Positions 1-9,591 of a stretch of DNA of 64,000 nt are shown here, in pieces. The stretch spans positions 186,001-250,000 of the forward strand of contig JAANOX010000042.1 of assembly GCA_020184695.1 (NCBI GenBank), written 5' to 3'. A program made the position numbers and the translations under genes. Origin of the DNA: Histomonas meleagridis 2922-C6/04-290x (taxonomy: Eukaryota > Protista > Parabasalia). Below the pieces are notes generated by a model. The model saw only the letters and a list, made by a program, of their open reading frames with translations. It was not told where the DNA came from and made no database searches. How positions within the stretch are numbered: the stretch's first letter is position 1; every line of letters starts with the position of its first letter.

Positions 1-630
1 GACACCCTCAAAAAGGAATGCAATTTAAGGAATTCATTTCTCCTTGCTTTTGGTCTTGGTGTTGATCGTTTTCACGGAGTAAGCGATGCATCAAGCCTTC
101 GAGCGGTTGCTGAGCTCACCAGAATGGGCGGTTTTTTTGGGTGCTCCTCCATCAACCCAAATTCAAACGGTCTCGATTTATATGTCACTTTTCTAAAATA
201 CGTTAATGAGCAGAAAAGTGGCATCATCCAGACAATTGTTGGATCTTGTATAGCAGCATCTGCAATTGGTCAATATGGTCCTTATAAATATGATGTGCAA
301 CCACAATTAGTGCCACGTGATATGAAAAAAATACACAAAAGTGCGATTGAATTTTTTAATTTAAAGGAAGATGGATCCGATTATGATACAATTAATAACC
401 CTAGAACAAGTAAGGAAACAATGTACATTTGGCCGCTGATGAGTCAGATATATGCATTTGATATTGAGACTTTAGCGAAAAGATCTTTTTTGGTGGACTG
501 CGTTCGTGAAGCAAAGACTTATCAAATCGCATGCAATAAAATGGATGAAAAAATTCACGAATTGAATTTAAACCACTCACTTCCAATTGAAGAATTTCCA
601 ACATCAAAACAAATGCGTTGTTCTAATTAA
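1..630 (+). CDS. DUF1152-like protein, 5'-partial (bacterial-type)
   Basis: The frame is open from base 1 (DTLKKECNLRNSFLLAFGLGVDRFHGVSDASSLRAVAELTRMGGFFG), so the ATG at 124 is internal. The FGLGVDRFHGV...AELTRMGGFFG and YIWPLMSQIYAFD motifs resemble DUF1152 as recalled. Confidence 0.65.
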   Translation, partial: DTLKKECNLRNSFLLAFGLGVDRFHGVSDASSLRAVAELTRMGGFFGCSSINPNSNGLDLYVTFLKYVNEQKSGIIQTIVGSCIAASAIGQYGPYKYDVQPQLVPRDMKKIHKSAIEFFNLKEDGSDYDTINNPRTSKETMYIWPLMSQIYAFDIETLAKRSFLVDCVREAKTYQIACNKMDEKIHELNLNHSLPIEEFPTSKQMRCSN

Positions 631-1324
631 ATTTATTGATATTTTTTATTCTTATATCATCTTTTTGTACTATATTTCAAGGAACTCGATTAATCATAAG
701 AAATCTCCTTTATAAAGAAACATCTTTATTCAGAATGATCGATCAAAGTCAATTCAAATCATTCTGTGCACGATTGAAATCTGTCAATAGACTCAAACAT
801 TTGATTCAAGCTAAAAACATATTTTTCTCAAAATTGAAGTTATTCGTTTTTACTTTAAATCTAGTTTTATAGATAATATCAGTAAAATTGTAAATAAAAT
901 AAAAGGTATTAAATACAAAAAATTAAGAGATAAAATAATTTAATTTTTTTATTGTGAGGTTTTTCATGGTTTATTTGGTTGAAATATTGAATATTTATTG
1001 GTTAGATCACCAAAGAATGCATTCGTGCCATACAGGCACAAGACATTTGTATACGTATTTTTCTTTTTCAAGAGTTTTTATGGAATTCTTAAATGAGAAT
1101 TAGCATTAATGCTGAAATCATCATCTGATGTTTTCAATCAACAAAGATAATATACTTTAAATATGAGGCTATAAGCATTAGAAAGTTAATTTTTTTGTCT
1201 GGTAATGTTATTTTTAAATCTTTCACTATAATAACAAAAGGTTTGTGCAATTTATTCAATAAAGTCAAAGGAAACTAAAAACCGTTAATTTTCCATTGCC
1301 ACATTTCGCATTCAATTAACTCCT

Positions 1325-3610
1325 ATGCACAGGTTTGTCAACCCAAACGAATCAGTTGCGCTTATAAACTCACTATTCAAGATTAGAATCAATAATGGCA
1401 ATGTAAATGCCGAGCAACTTTATCCTGTTGGAGCTCCAAATGAAGAATTAAAACATAAAGTCGAATTATTTGCCTTTCCCGATTCTGCTGCCCTTGAATC
1501 ACACAGTTTTTTTACCTTTATTGTTGGTGATATTGCTACTGGATTTCAACTTGGATTTGTATTATATTCTTCCATTATAGAAGGTTATTGTATTCTTTCT
1601 AACTACTACTATCCTCAGCTTTTCAAAACAATTTTACGTAACATCACAAAAGATGATGATATATCCATTTTGAAATCACTTGGAACTTCTCAACGTCGTA
1701 GTATTCTTTGTATAAAAACTCCTGATAACAAGACGCAAGAATTTCCACTTGATGGTTCACGAGAACGTCAAAAGCTTCTAGAGTTAATCTTCCATACATT
1801 TTCCCCTTATGATGTTAGTAAGATCATAATAGGGATGCTGCAAGCGCGCCATATTTTTGTTTCAGCCACCAACGTTTCAGTTTGTTCGCTTTTTTGTGCA
1901 GCATTACCACTTTTAATTGAACCGTTTAAATGGTCATTAAACATTATTCCTATTTTACCCGAGAAACTTCGCGACATGATTGAAGTACCCATTCCTATCC
2001 TCATTGGGCTCACGCGAGTTGAACTTTTGTATGCCAAAGATACATCTGTTGCGAGTCACATCTGCGTCAATCCAGACACCAAACTTGTTCTTGAGGACTG
2101 TAGTCTCGAGACGAACCAAGAAAAGACGATTCGAGTTCTTGAAGAACAATTTAAATTCCAAACGCAAGTCACCCAATTATTAAAATCGTGGAGTGGCTGC
2201 AGTGGATTTCCACATCTTCATATCATTGAGCTTATCCATAAGTTCATTGGCTCATATTTCCGTATCTATGGCGGCGACTTATGTTCTGCCGAAGCATTTG
2301 CGCAAAGCATATCGCAGATGCCCGAGTTCCTTAAGAACTCCCAAATATTACAAGACTACCAACATAACCATCGCCAGAACGCGGATAATTTCAAAGCGTT
2401 TTATGCCGCTGTCTCTGATAATGAAGTAGTCACCTCAACAGTCATCACGTCGCGGACAGAGCTCAACAGTAATGTCGTTGAGATACAATTCACAAGCAGC
2501 GCTAAGCAGCAGCAGCCAACATTTAATACAAATAGTACCAACCAACAGCAGCAACAACAAAAACAAGAACAAAAGAATTTGGATTTGCAATCGTCGTCGT
2601 CATCATCAAAACTCTTCTCAAACAAGCACACGCCGAAGTTCTTGCAGAAAAGGCCGACAACGCCAACAGACGAATCAGACAAAGACAAGAAGGCAAAGAA
2701 AAAAGAGGAAAGCATCAAGGATAAGAAATCAGATGACCAGAATAAGAGGAGCCATAACTCTGACGAGAACGAAAAGCCGCAGGGGCTGAAGTTCAAGTTC
2801 ATGCAAATGTTTGGATCGCAGGAGAAGGCTTCGAGGTCAAGCTCAACAATTTCGGCGCAGTCGCCCTACGTGTCCGACAAATCTGACCACAAGCAGAAGC
2901 CGTCGCCAACAAAAACTGGTGAGCCAAAGACAATACCGCCGCCTCCTAAATATTCGGCCCACAATGAGCCAAAACAAGTTCAGATACCGCCAAAGTTCGG
3001 ATCGGCAACAGAAACAAAAACCGTTTCGCAACCACCAAAGTTCGGATCGGCAACCGCTACACAGCCTTCAAAATTCGGATCGGCAACAGAAACAAAAACC
3101 GTTCAGCAACCTCCCAAATTCGGATCGTCAACCGTCTCATCCCAATCAAAATTCGGATCGGCAACAGAAACAAAAACCGTTTCACAACCACCAAAATTCG
3201 GATCGGCAACCGCTACACAACCGCCTAAGTTTGGGTCGACGACCGTTACACATACAGAGCCGAAAACCGTTACGCAACCGCCGAAATACGGATATCAATC
3301 ATCGACAGTTGCAACGCACACAGAGCCTAAGACAGTACAGTCGACACCGAAGTTTGGGTACCAATCGCCAACACATACAGAACCGAAAACAGTACAGCCA
3401 CCACCAAAGTTCGGGATTCAATCTTCAAGTGTTGTTCACACAGAGCCAAAGACAGTGCCACCACCACCGCAACAGAGGTACGCACCCGGATCACTGCCAT
3501 CGAATCCGACATCATCTGATATCGCGAAGATGACGCCACAGGATAAGAACGCGCTCTATAGGCAAAGGCTGGCGATGTATAGCGGCGGCGCTAAACCGAA
3601 GAAATTTTAA
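1325..3610 (+). CDS. DENN-domain protein (putative Rab GEF) with low-complexity PPKFG-repeat C-terminal tail
   Basis: uDENN-like FAFPD...FFTFIVGD...GFVLY and cDENN-like IFVS...FCAALPLLIEPFKWSLNIIPILPEKLRDMIEVPIPILIG. An M3-like AACCGTTA lies at 1280-1287. Confidence 0.85.
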   Translation: MHRFVNPNESVALINSLFKIRINNGNVNAEQLYPVGAPNEELKHKVELFAFPDSAALESHSFFTFIVGDIATGFQLGFVLYSSIIEGYCILSNYYYPQLFKTILRNITKDDDISILKSLGTSQRRSILCIKTPDNKTQEFPLDGSRERQKLLELIFHTFSPYDVSKIIIGMLQARHIFVSATNVSVCSLFCAALPLLIEPFKWSLNIIPILPEKLRDMIEVPIPILIGLTRVELLYAKDTSVASHICVNPDTKLVLEDCSLETNQEKTIRVLEEQFKFQTQVTQLLKSWSGCSGFPHLHIIELIHKFIGSYFRIYGGDLCSAEAFAQSISQMPEFLKNSQILQDYQHNHRQNADNFKAFYAAVSDNEVVTSTVITSRTELNSNVVEIQFTSSAKQQQPTFNTNSTNQQQQQQKQEQKNLDLQSSSSSSKLFSNKHTPKFLQKRPTTPTDESDKDKKAKKKEESIKDKKSDDQNKRSHNSDENEKPQGLKFKFMQMFGSQEKASRSSSTISAQSPYVSDKSDHKQKPSPTKTGEPKTIPPPPKYSAHNEPKQVQIPPKFGSATETKTVSQPPKFGSATATQPSKFGSATETKTVQQPPKFGSSTVSSQSKFGSATETKTVSQPPKFGSATATQPPKFGSTTVTHTEPKTVTQPPKYGYQSSTVATHTEPKTVQSTPKFGYQSPTHTEPKTVQPPPKFGIQSSSVVHTEPKTVPPPPQQRYAPGSLPSNPTSSDIAKMTPQDKNALYRQRLAMYSGGAKPKKF
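2930..3470 (+). repeat. Coding tandem repeats (PPKFGS / TETKTV / THTEPKTV)
   Basis: 11 xxK[FY][GS] motifs in the translation. The DNA unit TTCGGATCGGCAAC recurs several times. Confidence 0.9.
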
Positions 3611-3730
3611 TAATTTTCTCGTTTGACTAAATTAGCCTTAATGTAAATTGACATTTATTACATATGTGAATGACTGAAACCGAAAAATGAATTCAAAATT
3701 TGAATACGTTATTTCTATCGTTTGTTCTAT

Positions 3731-4372
3731 TTAATCCTTTTTTTCTTTGCTTCGTGCTTTCTTTCGTTGTTCAGCAGCAATGGCCATTCGCTTGATTCTG
3801 AGTGCTTCTAGTCCTTCTTCAGGTTTGATCACATCGGACATGTCTGATTTCTTGTAAATAAAAACTAGGAAGAAAATAGCAAAAATAAATGTGATAACAA
3901 CCTTAGCAATGACTTCAAAATGCCCTCCTCCATCATTCTTCCTTTTGAATGACATCAATATCGTTTTTGAAGATATTTTGTCTGTGATGGAAATAGTTAG
4001 ATGTGTCTCATCAATGGAAATAACAATTTGATCATCATCTAAAAGTCCATTTGCTAGGAAATGTTTTTTTGTCTCATGAATTTTAAGATTTGATATTTGT
4101 TCTCCAGTTTGTGTATGAATTTCTAATTCTGTTTCAATATCATCATTTTGCTTGATAATATAATTGTCTTCTGTTCCATCAGTTAGATTGGTCAATAAGC
4201 AATTTGTCTTCATTTGATCTTTGGAAAATGAACAATTTAATGATAATGGGGAAAATATTTTTGATTCCTGTGAACAATAAGAAACATTTCCTTCCCAATA
4301 AGAGTCTATATGTTTAAGTGCATTCAAAACTAAAGAATCACAGAATGAAAAACAAGCAAAAAGAGAAATCAT
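3731..4372 (-). CDS. Hypothetical type I membrane protein
   Basis: Hydrophobic N-terminus, a single TM near the C-terminus (VIAKVVITFIFAIFFLVFIY) and a charged tail. Head-to-head with RPL13 across 88 nt. Confidence 0.7.
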   Translation of the reverse strand: MISLFACFSFCDSLVLNALKHIDSYWEGNVSYCSQESKIFSPLSLNCSFSKDQMKTNCLLTNLTDGTEDNYIIKQNDDIETELEIHTQTGEQISNLKIHETKKHFLANGLLDDDQIVISIDETHLTISITDKISSKTILMSFKRKNDGGGHFEVIAKVVITFIFAIFFLVFIYKKSDMSDVIKPEEGLEALRIKRMAIAAEQRKKARSKEKKD

Positions 4373-4447
4373 TTGAAATATTTTATATGATTTACTGCAA
4401 AATTGATATTTATAACCGTTTTCTATGGCGGTTGTCTTTGGTCTGAT

Positions 4448-4452
4448 CCTTT
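4448..4452 (+). promoter_or_regulatory. M5-type core promoter motif CCTTT of RPL13 (M3-like AACCGTTT at 4414-4421)
   Basis: CCTTT lies 8 nt before the ATG. M5 is a described Trichomonas core promoter motif associated with ribosomal protein genes. Confidence 0.6.
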
Positions 4453-4460
4453 TCTAAAAT

Positions 4461-5036
4461 ATGGTTTGCAAAAATAATAGAGTACCAAATGATCATCTTC
4501 GTAAAGATTGGTTCCGTCGTATTAAATTCTATTTTGATGATCCAGCACGTAAGAAGAGGCGTCAAATAGCTAGAGCAATTCGTGCCAAGAAAATTGCTCC
4601 ACGCCCTGTTGAAGGACCACTCCGTCCACTTGTTCATTGCCCAACAGTTCGTTACAATCGCAAAGTTAGACTCGGCCGTGGATTTACAGTTGAAGAAGTT
4701 AAAGCCGCTGGATTTGAACCATCACGCGCCAGATTCATGGGTATTGCCATGGATAAATTCCGTGTTCACACAAAGGATGAAATCAAACAAGCAAACATCG
4801 AACGTCTAAAGGCTTATAAGGCTAAGATGGTTCGTGTTCACACAAAGACTGAAAAACTTCCAGCTGGTGAATCTATTCCATCTCTTTTTGCTCTTCCAAA
4901 GGCTGACCAAAAGGTTACATGGAGAGTAATTAAGGATGAAGAAAAGAAGACAGAACTTTTCAAAGCTAAACAAGAGGCACATAAAGCATGGAGGGCCTCA
5001 ATCAAGGCTAAGGAAGCTGCAAAGCACAAGAAATAA
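4461..5036 (+). CDS. RPL13: 60S ribosomal protein L13 (eL13)
   Basis: HLRKDW...FDDPARKKRR, GPLRPLVHCPTVRYNRKVRLGRGFTVEE signature. Confidence 0.97.
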   Translation: MVCKNNRVPNDHLRKDWFRRIKFYFDDPARKKRRQIARAIRAKKIAPRPVEGPLRPLVHCPTVRYNRKVRLGRGFTVEEVKAAGFEPSRARFMGIAMDKFRVHTKDEIKQANIERLKAYKAKMVRVHTKTEKLPAGESIPSLFALPKADQKVTWRVIKDEEKKTELFKAKQEAHKAWRASIKAKEAAKHKK

Positions 5037-5252
5037 ATCATTGGAATTTGAATCAATCGTTCCTGATGTAATAATTTCCTCTACGTTAGCAATAGCTCCT
5101 TTTTGTCATTTTAATACTAAACATTTCGAAAGGATTCATTGTAAATGTATTTAAGGAGTTGTGACAACTTTTTTGAATATTCGATTATTTTTAACACAAA
5201 AAACGTCAAAACCGTTTTACCTGTTGATAATTTTGTCACTTTTTGGTATTTC

Positions 5253-7001
5253 ATGAGCGAACAATACTTCATCTTCCTGTTTATAGAACACATTCAACTA
5301 GAAGCGAATATAGATTTCCCTGTTTATATAAAAATTTCTAGAAAAAAAAGTTCTGCTCATGTTTCAAAAACATTTAAATCTGTTACATCATACCAAATGT
5401 CAGACGCCAATAATTGCGTTCACTTCGATGTTGAGTTTTGCATCAAAGCAAACTTTATCATAGAGCCAGAAAATAAGGAACCAAAAAAGAAAAAAATATA
5501 CTTTCAACTTTATAAACCAAGTAGTAAAAAGGAACCATTATGCGTTTGGAAAACAGCAGTATCTTGCATTGAAGACCCTAATAGTGGAAAATTGATTACA
5601 GCTGATTCAAAAAGTAAAGATTATGGAAATGTAACATTATTCTTCAGAGTTAGTGTTGTTCCAAGATCAAACTTCAAACATGGAAGACCACCACGTCACT
5701 TCTTTTCCCTTGTTTCTTCAAGCACCAAAATTGCTGATGTTCTTAAAAACAATGAAGAATTGGCAACAGAAATTGAAGAACTTGTTACCGAATCTCTCAG
5801 TGTTGAAAAAACTGCTCGTTTCAATAATCAAGAATCTGTACTCCAAAGTTTTTATCAATCAAAACCACAAAATACCAAAACTAAACGTAAGTCACTCCAA
5901 CCTAATTCTTGTAGGCCCGACCCTAAGCTTGTACCAACTCGTGGATCACTTGATAACTTCTTTGGAGCCTCGAAAAAGAAACCAGAACGAGTTGTCACTT
6001 TTGTGCCGATCAAAACCGTCGAAGATTCGCAACTTATAAAGGTACACCAAGAGGCTATTGTTCAATTAGCTATTAATCAATGCTCTCCTCATTTTGTTTC
6101 TGCTATTTTCCAATGTATTATTTGCCCTGAAAGTTGTTCTCAAGATTTTAGCAAAAATCTTTTTGATCCTATTCTCAAATTTTCAATTCTTTCACTCCCT
6201 CAACTTAATTCTTCTCATATGCAATATCTTTTAGAACCACTTTACAAAGCTCTAGACAATACATTAAATCAATCACATTCTGCAGTTGAACTCTTTTATA
6301 TTCTCGCCACCATATACAACTTTGGTATTCTACTTTTAAATAATGCTGATATTTTTAGTACAGTTCATAATGAAGCTCTTGATCAACTTTCCACATTCAT
6401 TACCCAAATCCTAATGCAACTTACCCAAAATCTTATATCTTCCATTGCCCCATCGATATCAAGTGATGGTCTTGATTTTACTGACAAAGAATCCATGAAT
6501 CAAATCCAATTAGAAACTAACCAATTTCTAATATATTGCCAAAACTTAAATATACCAGAGCAAATCGTACAAGTCATTGTAGTTGAAACATGCCGCTATT
6601 TCGATGTTCTTCTCTTTAACGTTATCATTGACACTGCGAAAACGTTTACAATTGAAAAAGTGACGTTTTTATTAAGCCAAGTTCGAAGGCTGCAAACTAT
6701 CTTTGATTGCCTTCCATGTAACTTCCATATCGCTTTTACGAATCTCCTGTCGTTTATATCTAATACTAATTTGTTATGGAATGGTAACGACGAAGAAAAA
6801 TTGCCCGAAAAAAGCGATTTAATGAGATCAATAATCGAAAGATGCAAACCAAAGATTGTGTTGCCGCCAGGCGTGGAGTTGGATGACATTGGGAAGAAAT
6901 TGGACTCAACTGAAGAATTGAAATTGGAATTGCCAAAGTTCAATTTTCAATTTTCATATGATTGGCTGTTTTCACAGACGGAAGCAAACAAATGGAACTG
7001 A
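5253..7001 (+). CDS. Hypothetical protein with possible N-terminal NT-C2 domain and C-terminal Dilute (DIL)-like domain
   Basis: Long ORF. The likely start is ATG 5253, following the Inr TCACT at 5236-5240. The N-terminus is beta-rich. The C-terminal segment QVIVVETCRYFDVLLFNVII resembles the myosin-V DIL domain. Confidence 0.6.
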   Translation: MSEQYFIFLFIEHIQLEANIDFPVYIKISRKKSSAHVSKTFKSVTSYQMSDANNCVHFDVEFCIKANFIIEPENKEPKKKKIYFQLYKPSSKKEPLCVWKTAVSCIEDPNSGKLITADSKSKDYGNVTLFFRVSVVPRSNFKHGRPPRHFFSLVSSSTKIADVLKNNEELATEIEELVTESLSVEKTARFNNQESVLQSFYQSKPQNTKTKRKSLQPNSCRPDPKLVPTRGSLDNFFGASKKKPERVVTFVPIKTVEDSQLIKVHQEAIVQLAINQCSPHFVSAIFQCIICPESCSQDFSKNLFDPILKFSILSLPQLNSSHMQYLLEPLYKALDNTLNQSHSAVELFYILATIYNFGILLLNNADIFSTVHNEALDQLSTFITQILMQLTQNLISSIAPSISSDGLDFTDKESMNQIQLETNQFLIYCQNLNIPEQIVQVIVVETCRYFDVLLFNVIIDTAKTFTIEKVTFLLSQVRRLQTIFDCLPCNFHIAFTNLLSFISNTNLLWNGNDEEKLPEKSDLMRSIIERCKPKIVLPPGVELDDIGKKLDSTEELKLELPKFNFQFSYDWLFSQTEANKWN

Positions 7002-8154
7002 AACAATTGTATTTTTGTAAAATATTTGTGTTAACTTGAATTTATGTTTTTTAAGACAATTTTGAGTTGAAATTACTTCAGATATGAATATGGCACTAGA
7101 AAGCAGCGATACAGCTTTTAGTTTTTGATTTAAAAATATTAATTATAGAAGGAATTAAATTCCAGTGTGATTTTAAAATATATTTAAGTTTTTAAATTAG
7201 CAAATATTACCATAAAACAGTGGATTCTTTTATTTCCTGTATCAGTGGAAAAATAATATTATTTCAAGGTGGAAAGTACAAAGCATAATAGCAAGTTAAA
7301 GGATTTAAATCATATATCATTACATCAAGATGTAATTATGAATCAAAATTATGATTCTAAAATTCCATATGAATAAATACTTTTAAATAAGAAATATACA
7401 TTCATTAGATATGATAACATTTACATGCTTAAAAAAGGCCAAATTACAAAATATCCATATAAAATTGGCAATATCGGAGATAATATCACAATTAACATTA
7501 CTCACACAACATGCCATGCTGCACTTGGCGATGTTTAGTTTTCTTTGGGTCGTGCTGATGTTGAACTGAATAAATTTGGTCTTCAACATAATTTCTATCT
7601 TACAACATATAACAACACAGCTGTCATTCAAGTGGAACACAATGATGGTGAATCAACTGAAGTAGAACGAAAAATCATTGCTAATACATGAAGATCCATT
7701 TGCGAATGATTTTAAAGAAGACAATATGATAAACAATATATAAACTCAAATGCAAATGTTATCATTAATTATCTTTAAAAACAAAACGTATTAAAATCTC
7801 ATAAAATTTGTTTCTTATACGATTTGAAGTTAAAGCAATTTCTTCCTAAAGTTCAAAAAAATAAGAAAAAAACGTCTTAGGAAAAGATATTTTTAATCAA
7901 TTTTCACTTTTAAATCATTCATTAATAAGTAAAACTATGAAGCAGTCTATTGATGAAAAAGAAATATTTTATTTTTAAATGGATGAAAAACAAAAAATGA
8001 TTTTTATGACCTAAAACAAAAATCATTGAAATTAAATAAGGAAAATAAGGAACAGAAACATATAAAATGTATTCAACTTAAATAATTCCGAATCATTAAC
8101 AATATCGAATAAATCAAAATTCACTTTTATATACATTTCCATTTTATTATATAA

Positions 8155-8967
8155 CTATTTCCAGGGTTTTCTTTCACCTGGGCGCGCAGCTACAGCTCTT
8201 GCTGCTCTTGACGGACTCCTTTGTGAAACTGGAGTCTTTCTTCCGGACACAGCGGAATGCATCGCAGAAGGTTTCTTTGATGGCGTCAGAGGCCTCGGCG
8301 GCGCATTTGGCCCAACGAGGTTGGGAAATTCACTCGCAAACTCAGCCAAACCGCCATGCAAAAGGAATATGTTATCGAAGCCACGCTCCGCAAACATTTG
8401 TGCTGCTTCAGCACTGAGTTCTCCATAGTCGCAATAAAGAACAATCATTTTGTCTGGTTGACTCTTATATGATAATACTTCAGATGTGAATTGACCTGTG
8501 GCACGTGAGAGCCGTGATTTAGGATACCACTTGGCGTTCTTGATGTGACAGTTTTCGTATTCTTCTTCATCACGAACATCATATAGAATAAATGGACAAT
8601 CAATTTGAGACGAGGGAGTTGACGTTGACCTATTCGGTTGTTCGTCATTAAAGGTAATTGAAGAATGCATGTGGTGATAAGAAGGAACATTTGAGTTATC
8701 TTCAAGATCTGATGTAGATTCTTGTGATGATTCAAGTCGTGCTTTTTCTTGAAGCTCATAATCATAGGCTGCCAAAAGGTCAACAAGTTTCTGTGGTCTG
8801 ATCCTCCTGAAAATCTCTCCTTTGGGAAGTCGATTTTTAAGTTTTTCGATGTATTTTGGAACTGTCATCCCTGAATCTACAACTGGTTTGAGATCTTCAT
8901 AACGTTTTGAATAGTTTGTCTTTGGTAATGGTTTCGGCTCTTTCTTTTGTACAGGAGTTCTTCTCAT
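8155..8967 (-). CDS. CEP41: Centrosomal protein CEP41-like, rhodanese domain
   Basis: KPVVDSGMT N-terminal motif and rhodanese fold FILYDVRDEEEYENCHIKNAKWYP...MIVLYCDYGELS...AERGFDNIFLLHGGL. Confidence 0.8.
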   Translation of the reverse strand: MRRTPVQKKEPKPLPKTNYSKRYEDLKPVVDSGMTVPKYIEKLKNRLPKGEIFRRIRPQKLVDLLAAYDYELQEKARLESSQESTSDLEDNSNVPSYHHMHSSITFNDEQPNRSTSTPSSQIDCPFILYDVRDEEEYENCHIKNAKWYPKSRLSRATGQFTSEVLSYKSQPDKMIVLYCDYGELSAEAAQMFAERGFDNIFLLHGGLAEFASEFPNLVGPNAPPRPLTPSKKPSAMHSAVSGRKTPVSQRSPSRAARAVAARPGERKPWK

Positions 8968-9591
8968 CTGGAATTAGGTAACGGTTTCGTTTTAAATCAC
9001 ATTTCTTTAATCAAACGGTCGCTGAATGATTTCAATGATTTACATTATCATCAAAGGAATATGATCGTTTTTAAAATACGTTTTGAAAGAAATATAAAAT
9101 TAAACGTAACAAATTGTTTTTTCACTAATATCGATTTCTTCTTGTTCTAATATTGATTTAATCTTTTCCATATGATTTTTGTTTAATTGAACCAACTCCT
9201 AAATATATCAGTTTATCAAATCATTCAAATAAATTGCTTTTTCTTTAAAATTAATATTTTTTTTGTTCTAAAAGTATTTTTATTGTTTCTCTATTTGTTA
9301 TTTCTAACTGCTGTTCCAATAAATAGGCTCATGTTTTTTTACATTTTTTAAAGTTCTTCAAACAGAGAAAATAAACATATTCTCGAGAATTTTTTAATTT
9401 TTATTAAATTCTTATCATCACATTAATAAAAATCTACTTTCAAATTGAGGAAAAATTATTCAGAAAAAAATGGAAATTTCGAAAACATTATTCTCAAATT
9501 ATATATTTTTGAAGTATATTCTATTTTATAAACAATAATATTATTAAAATTATTTAATTAACACAAATCATTTCAAGTCTCACTTTCATTA

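Noticed and set aside
7383-7770. Possible eroded gene fragments here and at about 40780-41120 and 63440-64000
   Set aside because: The composition looks coding-like, but multiple stops and no recognisable motif mean a family cannot be supported.
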